A stretch of DNA of 64,000 nucleotides from Dehalococcoidia bacterium (GTDB lineage Bacteria; Chloroflexota; Dehalococcoidia; SM23-28-2; RBG-16-64-32), in the NCBI GenBank assembly GCA_963665775.2, contig CAXXTF010000002.1, positions 1,248,001 to 1,312,000 on the forward strand. The letters run 5' to 3'. This document shows positions 7,808 through 17,343 of this stretch, in pieces. Position 1 is the stretch's first letter, and the number at the start of each line of letters is the position of its first letter. The notes beneath the pieces were generated by a model. The model was not told where the DNA came from. It saw only the letters and a program-made list of their open reading frames with translations, and searched no databases. The translations under genes and the position numbers were made by a program.

Positions 7808-10800
7808 ATGACCGCTAAGCCCGCCAAGGTCCTCATCATCGGCTCCGGGCCCATCATCATCGGCCAGGCCGCGGAGTTCGACTACTCCGGCTCCCAGGCC
7901 TGCCGCGCCCTGCGGGAGGAGGGCGTCCACACCGTCCTCATCAACTCCAACCCGGCCACCATCATGACCGACGAGGGGATCGCCGACACCGTCTATATAG
8001 AGCCCCTCACCGTGGAGGTCATCGCCCGCATCATCGAGCGCGAGCGGCCGGACGGCCTCCTGCCCACCCTGGGCGGTCAGACCGGCCTCAACCTGGCCGT
8101 CGATCTGGCCGACGCCGGCGTCCTAGACCAGTACGACGTCCGCAGTCTGGGCACCCCCATCGACACCATCCGCCGCGCCGAGGACCGCGAGCTGTTCCGA
8201 CAGCTCCTCTCTGACATCGGCGAGCCGGTGCCGGAGAGCGCCACCGTCACCAACCGGGAGGAGGCAGGCCGCGCGGCCCAGCATCTCGGGCTGCCGGTGG
8301 TCATCCGTCCCGCCTACACCCTGGGCGGCACCGGCGGCGGCATCGCCCACACTATCGAGGCGATGGAACAGATAGCCGATGGCGGGCTGGCCGCCTCCCC
8401 CATCCACCAGGTGCTGGTGGAGCGCTGCCTCCTGGGCTGGAAGGAGGTCGAGTACGAGGTGGTGCGGGATGGCGCCGACAACTGCATCACCGTCTGCAAC
8501 ATGGAGAACCTGGACGCCATGGGCGTACACACTGGCGACAGCATCGTGGTGGCCCCCAGCCAGACCCTCTCCGATAAGGAGTACCAGATGCTCCGCTCCG
8601 CCTCCCTCAAGATCATCCGCGCCCTGGGCATTGAAGGCGGCTGCAACATCCAGTTCGCCCTAGCGCCCCGTAGGGAGATCGCCGACTGGGCGCTGGGGCC
8701 GGACGGCCGGCCGCCCTACTACGTCATCGAGGTCAACCCCCGCGTCTCCCGCAGCTCTGCCCTCGCCTCGAAAGCGACGGGCTACCCTATCGCCAGGGTG
8801 GCCGCCAAGATCGCCGCCGGTCGCCGCCTAGACGAGATCCCCAACCGGGTGACCGGCAAGACCACTGCCGCCTTCGAGCCGGCCCTGGACTACGTCGTGG
8901 TCAAGATCCCCCGCTGGCCCTTCGATAAGTTCCCCCTGGGCGAGCGCACCATCGGCACCCAGATGAAGGCCACCGGCGAGGTGATGGCGATCGACCGCAC
9001 CTTCGAGGCGGCGCTGGGCAAGGCCGTTCGTTCCCTGGAGATCGGGGGCCGCTCCCTCCTGTGGGAGCACCCCGGCTGGCGGGACGCCGACCCTCGGGAC
9101 TACTTGACCGTACCGACGGACGAGCGGCTGTGGGCCCTTCTCGCCTCCCTCCGGCGGGGCGCCACGCCCGAGGAGATAGCGCGCCTCTCCGGCATCGACC
9201 CCTGGTTCCTGCACAAGCTTCAGGGCACGGTGCAGATGGAGCGGCGTCTCCTAACCGAACCCCTCTCGCCGGAACTCCTGCGTCAGGCTAAACGCTTAGG
9301 CCTCTCCGACGAGGTCATCGGCACCCTCGCCGACCGCCTGCCGGAGCAGGTCCGGGAGCTTCGTCAGCGGCTCGGCGTGCTGCCCGTTTACAAGATGGTG
9401 GACACCTGCGCCGCCGAGTTCGAGGCGGAGACTCCCTACTTCTACAGCACCTACGACGAAGAGAACGAGGCCCCCGCCCTGGGCCAGAACCCGGCCCTGG
9501 TCATCGGCAGCGGGCCTATCCGCATCGGCCAGGGGATCGAGTTCGATTACTGCTCCGTGCACGCCGCCTGGGCCCTCCAGGAAGCAGGCGTCCCCGCGAT
9601 CATGGCCAACTCCAACCCGGAGACCGTCTCCACCGACTTCGACACCAGCGACCGTCTGTACTTCGAGCCCCTGGACGAGGAGGGGCTGCGTGACCTGCTG
9701 GAGAACGAAGAGGCCAACGGCCAGTCGCCTCGCTCCATCGTCCAATTCGGGGGCCAGACCGCTGTCAACCTGGCCGGGCCCCTGACTAGGGCCAACCTGC
9801 CCATCCTGGGCTCCAGCGCCGAGGCGATCGACATCGCTGAGGACCGCTCCCGCTTCGAGGAGCTCCTGCAGCGGATGGGCATCCCCCAACCGCCCGGCGC
9901 CGCCATCCGCGGCGTAGAGGAAGCGCTCTCCACGGCCCAGCTCATCGGCTACCCCGTCCTGGTGCGACCCAGTTACGTGCTCGGTGGCCGCGCCATGGAG
10001 ATCGTCCAGAACGCCAGCGACCTCATCCGCTACGTCGGCGAGGCCGCCCAGATCGCCGGCGGGAAACCCGTCCTCATCGATAAGTACCTGGAGGGGATCG
10101 AAGCCGAGGTAGACGGCGTCTGCGATGGCGAAGACACGCTGATCCCTGGCGTCATGCAGCATATCGAGCGCGCCGGCGTCCACTCCGGCGACTCCATGGC
10201 CGTCTATCCGGCCCTTGGCCTCACCGCCGAAGAGGTGGAGACGATCGTCGATTATACCCGGCGCCTCGGCACGGCTCTAAACGTGCGCGGTCTGATGAAC
10301 GTCCAGTACGTCATCATGCGCGACGGCGAAGGCTCCAGCGTCTACGTGCTGGAGGTCAACCCCCGCGCCAGCCGAACGATACCGTTCATCTCCAAGGTCA
10401 CGGGCGTCCCCATGGTGCGGCTGGCCGTTCAGGTCATGCTGGGCAAGACCATTCGGGAACTGGGCTACGAACCAGGCCTCCAGCCCAGGCAGAGGCTGGT
10501 AGCCGTCAAGGCCCCCGTCTTCTCGATGTCCAAGCTTATCGGCGTCGACAGCCACCTGGGGCCTGAGATGAAATCCACCGGCGAGGTCATGGGCGTGGAC
10601 TACACCTTCGAGGCGGCCCTGGCCAAGGCCCTTCACGCCGCCAGTCTGGCCCTCCCCAGGAGCGGCTCCATCCTCCTCAGCCTGGCCGACCACAGCAAGC
10701 CGGAGGCCCTGCCTATGGTGCACAGCCTGGCCCAGGCCGGCTACCGTATCTACGCCACGAAGGGCACGGCGGCCATGATCCGGGCCGTCGGCCTACCGGT

Positions 10801-11068
10801 AGAGCAGGTACCCAAGCGGCTGGACGAGGGCCACCCCAACGTCGTCGATGTCATTCAGGAAGGCCTCGTGGACGCCGTCATCAACACCCCAGAGGGCCAG
10901 CAAACGGCTACCCTCCGTGACGGTTTCGAGATCCGTCGCGCCGCCGCCGAGAAGGGGATACCGTGCCTGACCTCCACAGACACCGCAGCCGCCGCCGTCT
11001 CCGCCCTGGTCGGCGGCGAACGCCACTTCACCATCCAGCCTCTGCGGGAATACCTGGGTGGGCGATAG
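7808..11068 (+). CDS. carB: Carbamoyl-phosphate synthase large subunit
   Basis: [18 protein letters not shown], duplicated ATP-grasp halves, MGS domain. Confidence 0.98.
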   Translation: MTAKPAKVLIIGSGPIIIGQAAEFDYSGSQACRALREEGVHTVLINSNPATIMTDEGIADTVYIEPLTVEVIARIIERERPDGLLPTLGGQTGLNLAVDLADAGVLDQYDVRSLGTPIDTIRRAEDRELFRQLLSDIGEPVPESATVTNREEAGRAAQHLGLPVVIRPAYTLGGTGGGIAHTIEAMEQIADGGLAASPIHQVLVERCLLGWKEVEYEVVRDGADNCITVCNMENLDAMGVHTGDSIVVAPSQTLSDKEYQMLRSASLKIIRALGIEGGCNIQFALAPRREIADWALGPDGRPPYYVIEVNPRVSRSSALASKATGYPIARVAAKIAAGRRLDEIPNRVTGKTTAAFEPALDYVVVKIPRWPFDKFPLGERTIGTQMKATGEVMAIDRTFEAALGKAVRSLEIGGRSLLWEHPGWRDADPRDYLTVPTDERLWALLASLRRGATPEEIARLSGIDPWFLHKLQGTVQMERRLLTEPLSPELLRQAKRLGLSDEVIGTLADRLPEQVRELRQRLGVLPVYKMVDTCAAEFEAETPYFYSTYDEENEAPALGQNPALVIGSGPIRIGQGIEFDYCSVHAAWALQEAGVPAIMANSNPETVSTDFDTSDRLYFEPLDEEGLRDLLENEEANGQSPRSIVQFGGQTAVNLAGPLTRANLPILGSSAEAIDIAEDRSRFEELLQRMGIPQPPGAAIRGVEEALSTAQLIGYPVLVRPSYVLGGRAMEIVQNASDLIRYVGEAAQIAGGKPVLIDKYLEGIEAEVDGVCDGEDTLIPGVMQHIERAGVHSGDSMAVYPALGLTAEEVETIVDYTRRLGTALNVRGLMNVQYVIMRDGEGSSVYVLEVNPRASRTIPFISKVTGVPMVRLAVQVMLGKTIRELGYEPGLQPRQRLVAVKAPVFSMSKLIGVDSHLGPEMKSTGEVMGVDYTFEAALAKALHAASLALPRSGSILLSLADHSKPEALPMVHSLAQAGYRIYATKGTAAMIRAVGLPVEQVPKRLDEGHPNVVDVIQEGLVDAVINTPEGQQTATLRDGFEIRRAAAEKGIPCLTSTDTAAAAVSALVGGERHFTIQPLREYLGGR

Positions 11069-12227
11069 CTCCGTAACGACCATCGATGGCGCTGGCTCCC
11101 CCTGGCAACGCTTGGGGGAACTCCTGGCCCTGTTCCTGCGGCTGGGGACCTTCGGCTTCGGCGGCCCCAACGCCCATATCGCCATCATGGAAGAGGAGGC
11201 CGTCCGAAGGCGGCGCTGGCTCTCCAGAGAGCACTTCGTAGATATCCTGGCCGTCACCAACATGGTTCCCGGCCCCAACTCTACGGAGATGGGCATCCAC
11301 CTGGGCTACCTGCGGGCAGGCCTTCCTGGCGCTGTCCTCAGCGGTCTCGCCTTTATCCTGCCGGCCTTCTTGTTGCTGCTGGGCCTCAGCTGGGCCTACT
11401 TCGAGCACGGGACGCTGTTGAGGGTCGACGCGCTCTTCTACGGTATCAAGCCGGCAGCCATCGCCATCATCCTCATTACCGTTTACCGCACCGGGAGCGC
11501 GGCGATAAGCGATGGCTGGCAGGCGGGGCTGTTTGGCGCCGGTCTGGCCCTCACGCTCCTGTATCCCAGCGTCGAGCCCATCACGCTGCTGCTGGCGGGC
11601 CTGGCCGGCATCCTCATCTACGCCACACCTAACCCCTTCATGGGCTTCCCAGCGGCAGCGATTCTCCTGACCACCGCTCCTCCCCTTCTCTCGTGGCAGG
11701 GGGAGACGCTAATAGACCTCTCCCTCCTGTTCCTAAGGACAGGCGGCCTCCTCTTCGGCGGGGGATACGTCATGATCCCGCTCATCGAGCATGACGTGGT
11801 AGAGCGCTTCGGCTGGATGAGCCGACAGGAGTTCCTGGACGGAGTGGCCCTGGGCCAGGCTACGCCGGGGCCCATCATCATCACCGCCACCTTCGTGGGC
11901 TACAAGGCTGCGGGCCTGGCCGGAGCGGCGGCGGCTACCGCCGCTATCTTCGTTCCCTCGTTCGTCATCTCTGTGACCGTGGCCCGTTTCGTCAGCTCCC
12001 TCCGACAGTGGCCCCTGGCGCGGGCTTTCCTGCGTGGCGTGGGCCCGGCGGTAGTGGGGGCCATCTTGGCCGCAGCGATAATCCTGGCCCGTGAGGCGCT
12101 GACCGATGTTCTGACGGTCGTACTGATGCTGGCGGCCCTCGTCGCCCTCGGCCGCTACCGGATAGGCTTCCCATACGTCTTCGGGGTCAGCGCCACTGTC
12201 GGCTTGTTGACGAAAGAGGTCTTCTGA
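11058..12227 (+). CDS. chrA: Chromate efflux (CHR family) transporter
   Basis: Two homologous halves with FGG and PGP motifs. Confidence 0.88.
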   Translation: MGDSSVTTIDGAGSPWQRLGELLALFLRLGTFGFGGPNAHIAIMEEEAVRRRRWLSREHFVDILAVTNMVPGPNSTEMGIHLGYLRAGLPGAVLSGLAFILPAFLLLLGLSWAYFEHGTLLRVDALFYGIKPAAIAIILITVYRTGSAAISDGWQAGLFGAGLALTLLYPSVEPITLLLAGLAGILIYATPNPFMGFPAAAILLTTAPPLLSWQGETLIDLSLLFLRTGGLLFGGGYVMIPLIEHDVVERFGWMSRQEFLDGVALGQATPGPIIITATFVGYKAAGLAGAAAATAAIFVPSFVISVTVARFVSSLRQWPLARAFLRGVGPAVVGAILAAAIILAREALTDVLTVVLMLAALVALGRYRIGFPYVFGVSATVGLLTKEVF

Positions 12228-13000
12228 TGCGATTGGAGCAAGCGCTTGTCGTCTCCCACGAGCAGATCTGCCCGGACACCTTCCTGATGTGGCTCTCCTG
12301 CCCCGCCCTGGCCCGGGGCGCCGCGCCCGGGCGCTTCCTCATGATCCGCTGTGGGGACGGCGGAGAGCCCCTCCTGCCTCGGCCCATGAGCTTCCACCGT
12401 TTTCGCCAGGACGCCGGCGAGCGCCAGTTCGCCATCCTGTACGATGTTCGGGGCCGTGGCACCAGCTGGCTCTCCGCCCGTCAGGTCGGAGACCAGCTAT
12501 CAGTCTTCGGGCCTCTGGGCAAAGGTTACACCGTTAGCCCGCGGGCTCAGAACCTGCTGCTGGTAGGGGGTGGCCTCGGCTTCGCCGCCCTCGTCGCCCT
12601 AGCCGACGAAGCCGTCGCCGGCGGCAAGTCCGTCACCCTCGTCCAGGGCGCCCGCACGGCGGCGAAGCTCTATCCGCCGGATCTGCTGCCGCCGGAGGTC
12701 GAGGTCCTCTCCGCCACCGATGACGGCTCGACGGGCCACAAAGGTTATGTCACGGATCTTCTGCCGGAGCACCTAACGTGGGCGGACCAGCTCTTCACCT
12801 GCGGCCCCACGGCCATGCTGGCCGCCATGACCGGCGTTCTGCGCGAGGCCGGATGCCGAAAGCCCGCCCAGGCCCTCTTGGAGGAGCACATGGGCTGCGG
12901 CACCGGCATCTGCTACGGCTGCGCCGTATTCACCCGTAAGGGGGTGCGGCTAGTCTGCAAGGACGGCCCCCGCTTCGAGCTGCGGGAGGTGTTCTCTTAG
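12227..13000 (+). CDS. pyrK: Dihydroorotate dehydrogenase electron-transfer subunit
   Basis: RPMS, GPLGKG, GGGLG, MGCGTGICYGC..VCKDGP. Confidence 0.93.
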   Translation: MRLEQALVVSHEQICPDTFLMWLSCPALARGAAPGRFLMIRCGDGGEPLLPRPMSFHRFRQDAGERQFAILYDVRGRGTSWLSARQVGDQLSVFGPLGKGYTVSPRAQNLLLVGGGLGFAALVALADEAVAGGKSVTLVQGARTAAKLYPPDLLPPEVEVLSATDDGSTGHKGYVTDLLPEHLTWADQLFTCGPTAMLAAMTGVLREAGCRKPAQALLEEHMGCGTGICYGCAVFTRKGVRLVCKDGPRFELREVFS

Positions 13001-13019
13001 ACCGAGCGGAGGTGCCGCC

Positions 13020-13505
13020 CTAGCCTGCCGCTCGCGCCGTTCGGCGACCGAACAGAAGTTGGTAGATCGTCGACGGGATGCAGTAGTGCGTCACGCTGAC
13101 GATGGCTGCAACCGCCGTGAGCATACCGCCGAGCAGATAGCCCAGCCAGGCCACGTCCACCTCAAACGCCACGGCCGTCCCTACGATCCATGGAGCAGCC
13201 ATCCCGCAGGCGAAGCGCGTCGGGGCTCCATTGCGCGGGAGAGGCATGGTTCCTGTCAGGTGGCGGACGCCATAGTTGTACACGAGATCAAACGGGTGTC
13301 TTGGGAAAATCCCGCCCAGGGCCGCTATCGGTGCCATGGCCCACAGAAGCGGCGTAAAGGCGAGCGCAGTGCCAACTCCTAACAGGATGCTGCAAAGGAC
13401 GAACGTGAAGCGCATCCAGGGGACAAGCTTGACAAACTCAGGGTCGTTGGAGCAGGCGATACCCCGCGTCTCCAGGCGTCTCTGTAATACCGGCGAAAGG
13501 GACAT
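13020..13505 (-). CDS. DUF4395-like membrane protein
   Basis: HPFD..Y, PTRFACG, HYCIPS motifs; start placed at MSLSP. Confidence 0.7.
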   Translation of the reverse strand: MSLSPVLQRRLETRGIACSNDPEFVKLVPWMRFTFVLCSILLGVGTALAFTPLLWAMAPIAALGGIFPRHPFDLVYNYGVRHLTGTMPLPRNGAPTRFACGMAAPWIVGTAVAFEVDVAWLGYLLGGMLTAVAAIVSVTHYCIPSTIYQLLFGRRTARAAG

Positions 13506-13609
13506 GGCTTCTTTTCCACCTTTCGGCTGGATGAGATGAGACGAGTGTACTCTCATGGCATCGGCTGTCAAGGGAGCCGGCAGTGACCCTTGGTGACGCA
13601 TGCCGGCGC

Positions 13610-13645
13610 AAAAAGACGAGGCCCTCCCGTCCGGGAGGGCCTCGT
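13610..13645 (-). terminator. Intrinsic terminator after mrp
   Basis: ACGAGGCCCTCCC/GGGAGGGCCTCGT 13-bp stem with a T-run on the minus strand. Confidence 0.8.
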
Positions 13646-13658
13646 TCCGCTTCGAGAG

Positions 13659-14768
13659 CTATGCGCTGACGGCGCTCTCCGCGAAGAAGTGCTGCACGCT
13701 GGTCTTGGCCGCCACCTTCTGGGCGATCGCGATCAGCGCCTTCGACGGTTCCGAGTCCGGATCGCTCTCCACTATGGGCACGCCCGCATCGGCGCCCTCG
13801 CGCACCTGGTTATGCAACGGGATATCCCCCAGGAAATCCAGGCCGAGCTCGTCAGCCGCCACTTGGGCGCCTCCGTTGCCGAAGATGTCCGTCCGCTCTG
13901 CGCAGTGAGGACAGGCGAAGTAACTCATGTTCTCGATAACCCCAAACACGGGCACGTTGAGCTTTTCAAACATGCCTACGGCCTTCATGGCGTCCTCCAG
14001 AGAGACGGAGTTGGGGGTGGTTACGATGACTGTACCGGCGATAGGTGCCTCCTGGGCCATGCTCATAGAAGCGTCGCTCGTACCCGGCGGCAAGTCGATA
14101 ATCAGGTAGTCCAGTTCGCCCTCGGCGCCCCAGGGGAGATCGTGTAGCAGCTGGGTGACGCCGGTGCCGATCATTGGTCCCCGCCAGATCACGGCCGTTC
14201 CCTTCTTTATGACGAAACCGATGGAGGCTACCCGCAACCCGAATCGCTGCACGATGGCGAGGCCGGTGTCCGCCTGGAAACCGGGCGGGAAGCCCAGCAT
14301 CGTGGGGAGGTTAGGACCGGTGATGTCGGCGTCCAGCAGACCAACCCTGGCCCCGAACTTGCTCAGGGCCAGCGACATGTTCACCGCCACTGTCGACTTG
14401 CCTACGCCGCCTTTGTTTGAGGCCACAGCGATAATGTTACGCACGCCCTCTATCGGTCGCGGACCGGCCTGCTTGCCAGTGGCACGCACATCGGCGTCCA
14501 TCTCGACCTCGGCCTGCTGGACGCCGGGCAGGGCCAGCAGGAGCTCCTCCGCCTGACTCTTCATCTGCTCCCGCACAGGGCAAGCCGGTGTGGTCAGAGT
14601 AATCTTCACTGCTACCTTGCCACCAGATATATCGATGTCCTCATCCTTGATGAAGCCCAAACTCACGATATCTCGATGCAGGTCAGGGTCCTCGATCTGG
14701 CCGAGGGCGGCCAGCACCGCGGCCTTATCCACACCCCCGTTGGACTTCTGCTGCTCTTCCGAGGCCAT
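13659..14768 (-). CDS. mrp: Mrp/NBP35 (ApbC) Fe-S carrier ATPase with N-terminal DUF59 domain
   Basis: KGGVGKST, WRGPM, DLPPGT, ENMSYFACPHC. Confidence 0.93.
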   Translation of the reverse strand: MASEEQQKSNGGVDKAAVLAALGQIEDPDLHRDIVSLGFIKDEDIDISGGKVAVKITLTTPACPVREQMKSQAEELLLALPGVQQAEVEMDADVRATGKQAGPRPIEGVRNIIAVASNKGGVGKSTVAVNMSLALSKFGARVGLLDADITGPNLPTMLGFPPGFQADTGLAIVQRFGLRVASIGFVIKKGTAVIWRGPMIGTGVTQLLHDLPWGAEGELDYLIIDLPPGTSDASMSMAQEAPIAGTVIVTTPNSVSLEDAMKAVGMFEKLNVPVFGVIENMSYFACPHCAERTDIFGNGGAQVAADELGLDFLGDIPLHNQVREGADAGVPIVESDPDSEPSKALIAIAQKVAAKTSVQHFFAESAVSA

Positions 14769-14772
14769 ATGG

Positions 14773-15429
14773 CTAACCTTCCTTTCCTCGGCCGTCCTCT
14801 TGCCGAACGACGAACCGGCAGCACTCCGCGCCCTGGTTCATGAACTGATAGCACTGCACGTCTTGGCCCAGTAAGCGGCTGATCACGGCTTCATCGAACT
14901 CACATAGGTCGCCGTGGGAGCCCACTACCCGCCGGTAAACGCAGTTATAGTTGATGATCTCGTAGCCCCGGTCGTCGCTCCGCCACTCGGCGAAGCCGCC
15001 CTCCTGGTCCAGTATCTGCGCCGTCACGGCTACCCGCTCCGCCAAGCTCTTACCGTCGACGAGCGCCTCATTCTCCAGGTATACCCGCTCCGCCATCTTC
15101 ATTAGGAGCTTCCTCTTCTTCTCCTCCGGGCTGAGCCCGGCAATATCATCGGCATCAAGAACGGCCACCTCCTGCAGGAGCAGGTCTGCCAGCCGGTCGT
15201 ACCGCTTGGGGAAGAACTCCTCGCCCCGATCGCTCAGGCTGAACAGAAAGTGGGGCCGTCCCTTCCCCGTGCGCTCCTCTCTGGATACCACAAACCCATC
15301 TCGTTCCATCCCGGCCAGGTGCTGACGAACCGTCATCCTCGCCAATCCAAGAGCGTTAGCCAGGCCGCCCACGCTGGCGCCACCGGCCCGCTTGATGTGC
15401 GTTAGCATCTGCTCTCTCGTAGTGCGCAT
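14773..15429 (-). CDS. SufR-like HTH transcriptional regulator
   Basis: VRQHL..GRP wHTH, FPKRY, C-terminal NC..C..CC cysteines. Confidence 0.8.
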   Translation of the reverse strand: MRTTREQMLTHIKRAGGASVGGLANALGLARMTVRQHLAGMERDGFVVSREERTGKGRPHFLFSLSDRGEEFFPKRYDRLADLLLQEVAVLDADDIAGLSPEEKKRKLLMKMAERVYLENEALVDGKSLAERVAVTAQILDQEGGFAEWRSDDRGYEIINYNCVYRRVVGSHGDLCEFDEAVISRLLGQDVQCYQFMNQGAECCRFVVRQEDGRGKEG

Positions 15430-15523
15430 GTAAGGCAACCTTTCGACGGTTCAGTCGTTACTAAGTATACACAAGGGAAAGCCAAAGCGAAAGACAATAA
15501 AGACATTATATAAGGTCTAAACC

Positions 15524-15552
15524 TTGACATCGATTTAACCCTATTCTATCCT
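15524..15552 (+). promoter_or_regulatory. Sigma70-type promoter
   Basis: TTGACA-N17-TATCCT. Confidence 0.6.
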
Positions 15553-15570
15553 GTAATCCGAGTACGATCC

Positions 15571-15600
15571 TGTAACGTATGACTAATAAAGAGCATCTTA
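15571..15600 (+). promoter_or_regulatory. ECF-like promoter motif copy
   Basis: TGTAAC-N17-CATCTTA. Confidence 0.55.
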
Positions 15601-15634
15601 AGTGCTTGAACGAACCCCGGAGGTGGGTGCAATC

Positions 15635-15931
15635 ATGAGAAAGGCAGCAACCATAGAGAAGCCAGAGGCTGTGCCGCCGCCTACCCTAGAGATTTCAACC
15701 TGCCAGCACCACTGGCTCATCGAGACCCCGCGAGGGGCTATGAGCAAAGGGCGCTGCAAACGGTGTGGCTCAGAGCGGGAGTTCCGCAACTCCGCCAACG
15801 ACTACGTGTGGGAAGACGACTCCAGCCTGAACTACAACGCTATGAGCGGCGTACGCTCCATCCCCAGAGCCGCTGATGACGACGAGGCGGCCGCCGGGCC
15901 TCGGTCCGATGCGACCGCGCTGATGGTATAG
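15635..15931 (+). CDS. Small hypothetical Zn-binding protein (CxHHW...CxxC)
   Basis: GGAGGT SD, CQHHWLIE and CKRCG motifs, downstream terminator. Confidence 0.75.
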   Translation: MRKAATIEKPEAVPPPTLEISTCQHHWLIETPRGAMSKGRCKRCGSEREFRNSANDYVWEDDSSLNYNAMSGVRSIPRAADDDEAAAGPRSDATALMV

Positions 15932-15950
15932 CCATCCCTTAAGAACGAGT

Positions 15951-15975
15951 GGGCCCCGCTTCGGCGGGGCTTCTC
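15951..15975 (+). terminator. Probable intrinsic terminator
   Basis: GCCCCGC-TTCG-GCGGGGC hairpin followed by TTCTCT. Confidence 0.65.
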
Positions 15976-16013
15976 TGTATTTCGGCCTAGCCCTGGCGTA
16001 TATTGTTAGCGAC

Positions 16014-16985
16014 GTGAACCTGTCCCTGGACCTGGCCCTCACTCAGAAGCGCGGCCTGCGCCTCTCCAGCCCCATCATGACGGCCTCCGGCACGTTCGGC
16101 AACGGGTTGGAGTATGTCAAGGTTTTCGATATCCAGCAGCTGGGTGCAATAGTCAGCAAGGCGATCACCCTGCGGCCCCGTCGCGGCAACCCTCAGCCTC
16201 GCATCGCCGAGACGGCCGCCGGCATGATCAACTCCATCGGCCTCCAGAACATCGGGGTCGAGGCCATCGTCCGCGATGTGGCACCGGTGTGGGCCACCTG
16301 GCAAGTCCCCGTCATCGCCAACATCGCCGGCGAGAGCGTGAGCGACTACACGAAGCTGGCCCGCCGCCTGAACTCCGTGCCCGGCGTCAGCGGTCTAGAG
16401 CTGAACATCAGCTGCCCCAACGTGGACAGCGGCCTGGAATTCGGCAGCGACCCCAGGGCGGCCGCGGAGTTGACCCGGGCCGTGCGAGGGCAGACGGAGC
16501 TGCCCCTTCTGGTCAAGCTGACCCCTAACGTCGGCGACATCGTAGCCATGGCCCGCGCCGTCGTTGAGGCTGGCGCCGATGCCCTCACTGTGATCAACAG
16601 CTACCCCGCTACGAGCATCGACGTGGCGACGCGCCGCCCGGCCCTGGGCTGGGGCTCCGGCGGCCTTTCCGGCCCTGCTCTCAAGCCCATCGCCCTGCGC
16701 CTGGTGTACCAGATCGCCAGCGCCCTGGACGTCCCCATCATCGGCTGTGGTGGCATCACCAGCGGCCGCGACGCCATCGAGTACCTGATGGCGGGCGCCC
16801 GAGCGGTTCAGGTAGGCACCGCTACCTACCTGAACCCGCGCGCCCCCCTGGACATCCAGGACGACGTCGAGGAATTCTTGCGGGACGAAGGCGTCGAGGA
16901 CGTGGGCCAGATCGTCGGTGCCGCCCTCCCGGGCGCCCGCCAGGCCGCGGTCAGGGCGCCGGAAGCGGGGCAAGGCCGCAGTTGA
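16014..16985 (+). CDS. pyrD: Dihydroorotate dehydrogenase (NAD+), family 1B catalytic subunit
   Basis: ASGTFG, NSIGLQN, ELNISCPN, VKLTPN, GGLSGP. Confidence 0.96.
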   Translation: MNLSLDLALTQKRGLRLSSPIMTASGTFGNGLEYVKVFDIQQLGAIVSKAITLRPRRGNPQPRIAETAAGMINSIGLQNIGVEAIVRDVAPVWATWQVPVIANIAGESVSDYTKLARRLNSVPGVSGLELNISCPNVDSGLEFGSDPRAAAELTRAVRGQTELPLLVKLTPNVGDIVAMARAVVEAGADALTVINSYPATSIDVATRRPALGWGSGGLSGPALKPIALRLVYQIASALDVPIIGCGGITSGRDAIEYLMAGARAVQVGTATYLNPRAPLDIQDDVEEFLRDEGVEDVGQIVGAALPGARQAAVRAPEAGQGRS

Positions 16986-17021
16986 CCCCTGGCGCCGGGC
17001 GACCCTAAGATGAACTGAAGC

Positions 17022-17099
17022 CGGGGTGTAGCTCAGCCAGGTTAGAGCGCCTGGTTTGGGACCAGGAGGTCGGCAGTTCGAATCTGCCCACCCCGACCA
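17022..17099 (+). tRNA. tRNA-Pro (TGG)
   Basis: CGGGGTG/CACCCCG acceptor stem, CCTGG-TTTGGGA-CCAGG anticodon arm, GTTCGAATC T-loop, encoded CCA. Confidence 0.97.
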
Positions 17100-17175
17100 A
17101 TCCTGAGATACGGATTTGCCACGATAACTGAACCCCTTTCGCTCTCGCTTTCCCTATTGACGCCACAGCGCTCAG

Positions 17176-17228
17176 GCGCATATCCTTGCCAGGAGGGGTC
17201 ACGGGTTCGAATCCCATGTTCCGCTCCA
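17176..17228 (+). pseudogene. Degenerate tRNA 3'-half fragment (Ala-like)
   Basis: AGGGGTCACGGGTTCGAATCCC...GCTCCA T-arm and 3' end with no intact 5' half. Confidence 0.5.
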
Positions 17229-17343
17229 GGTTCGAAAATTAGGCGCACGGCACTAGTCCGCTCCTGAGTAAGCCTCAGGAAACAACGGGGGAGGTCGTGC
17301 GTCTTGTTATTTACAGACCAGCATCACAGAGCCGGGGTCTTGT

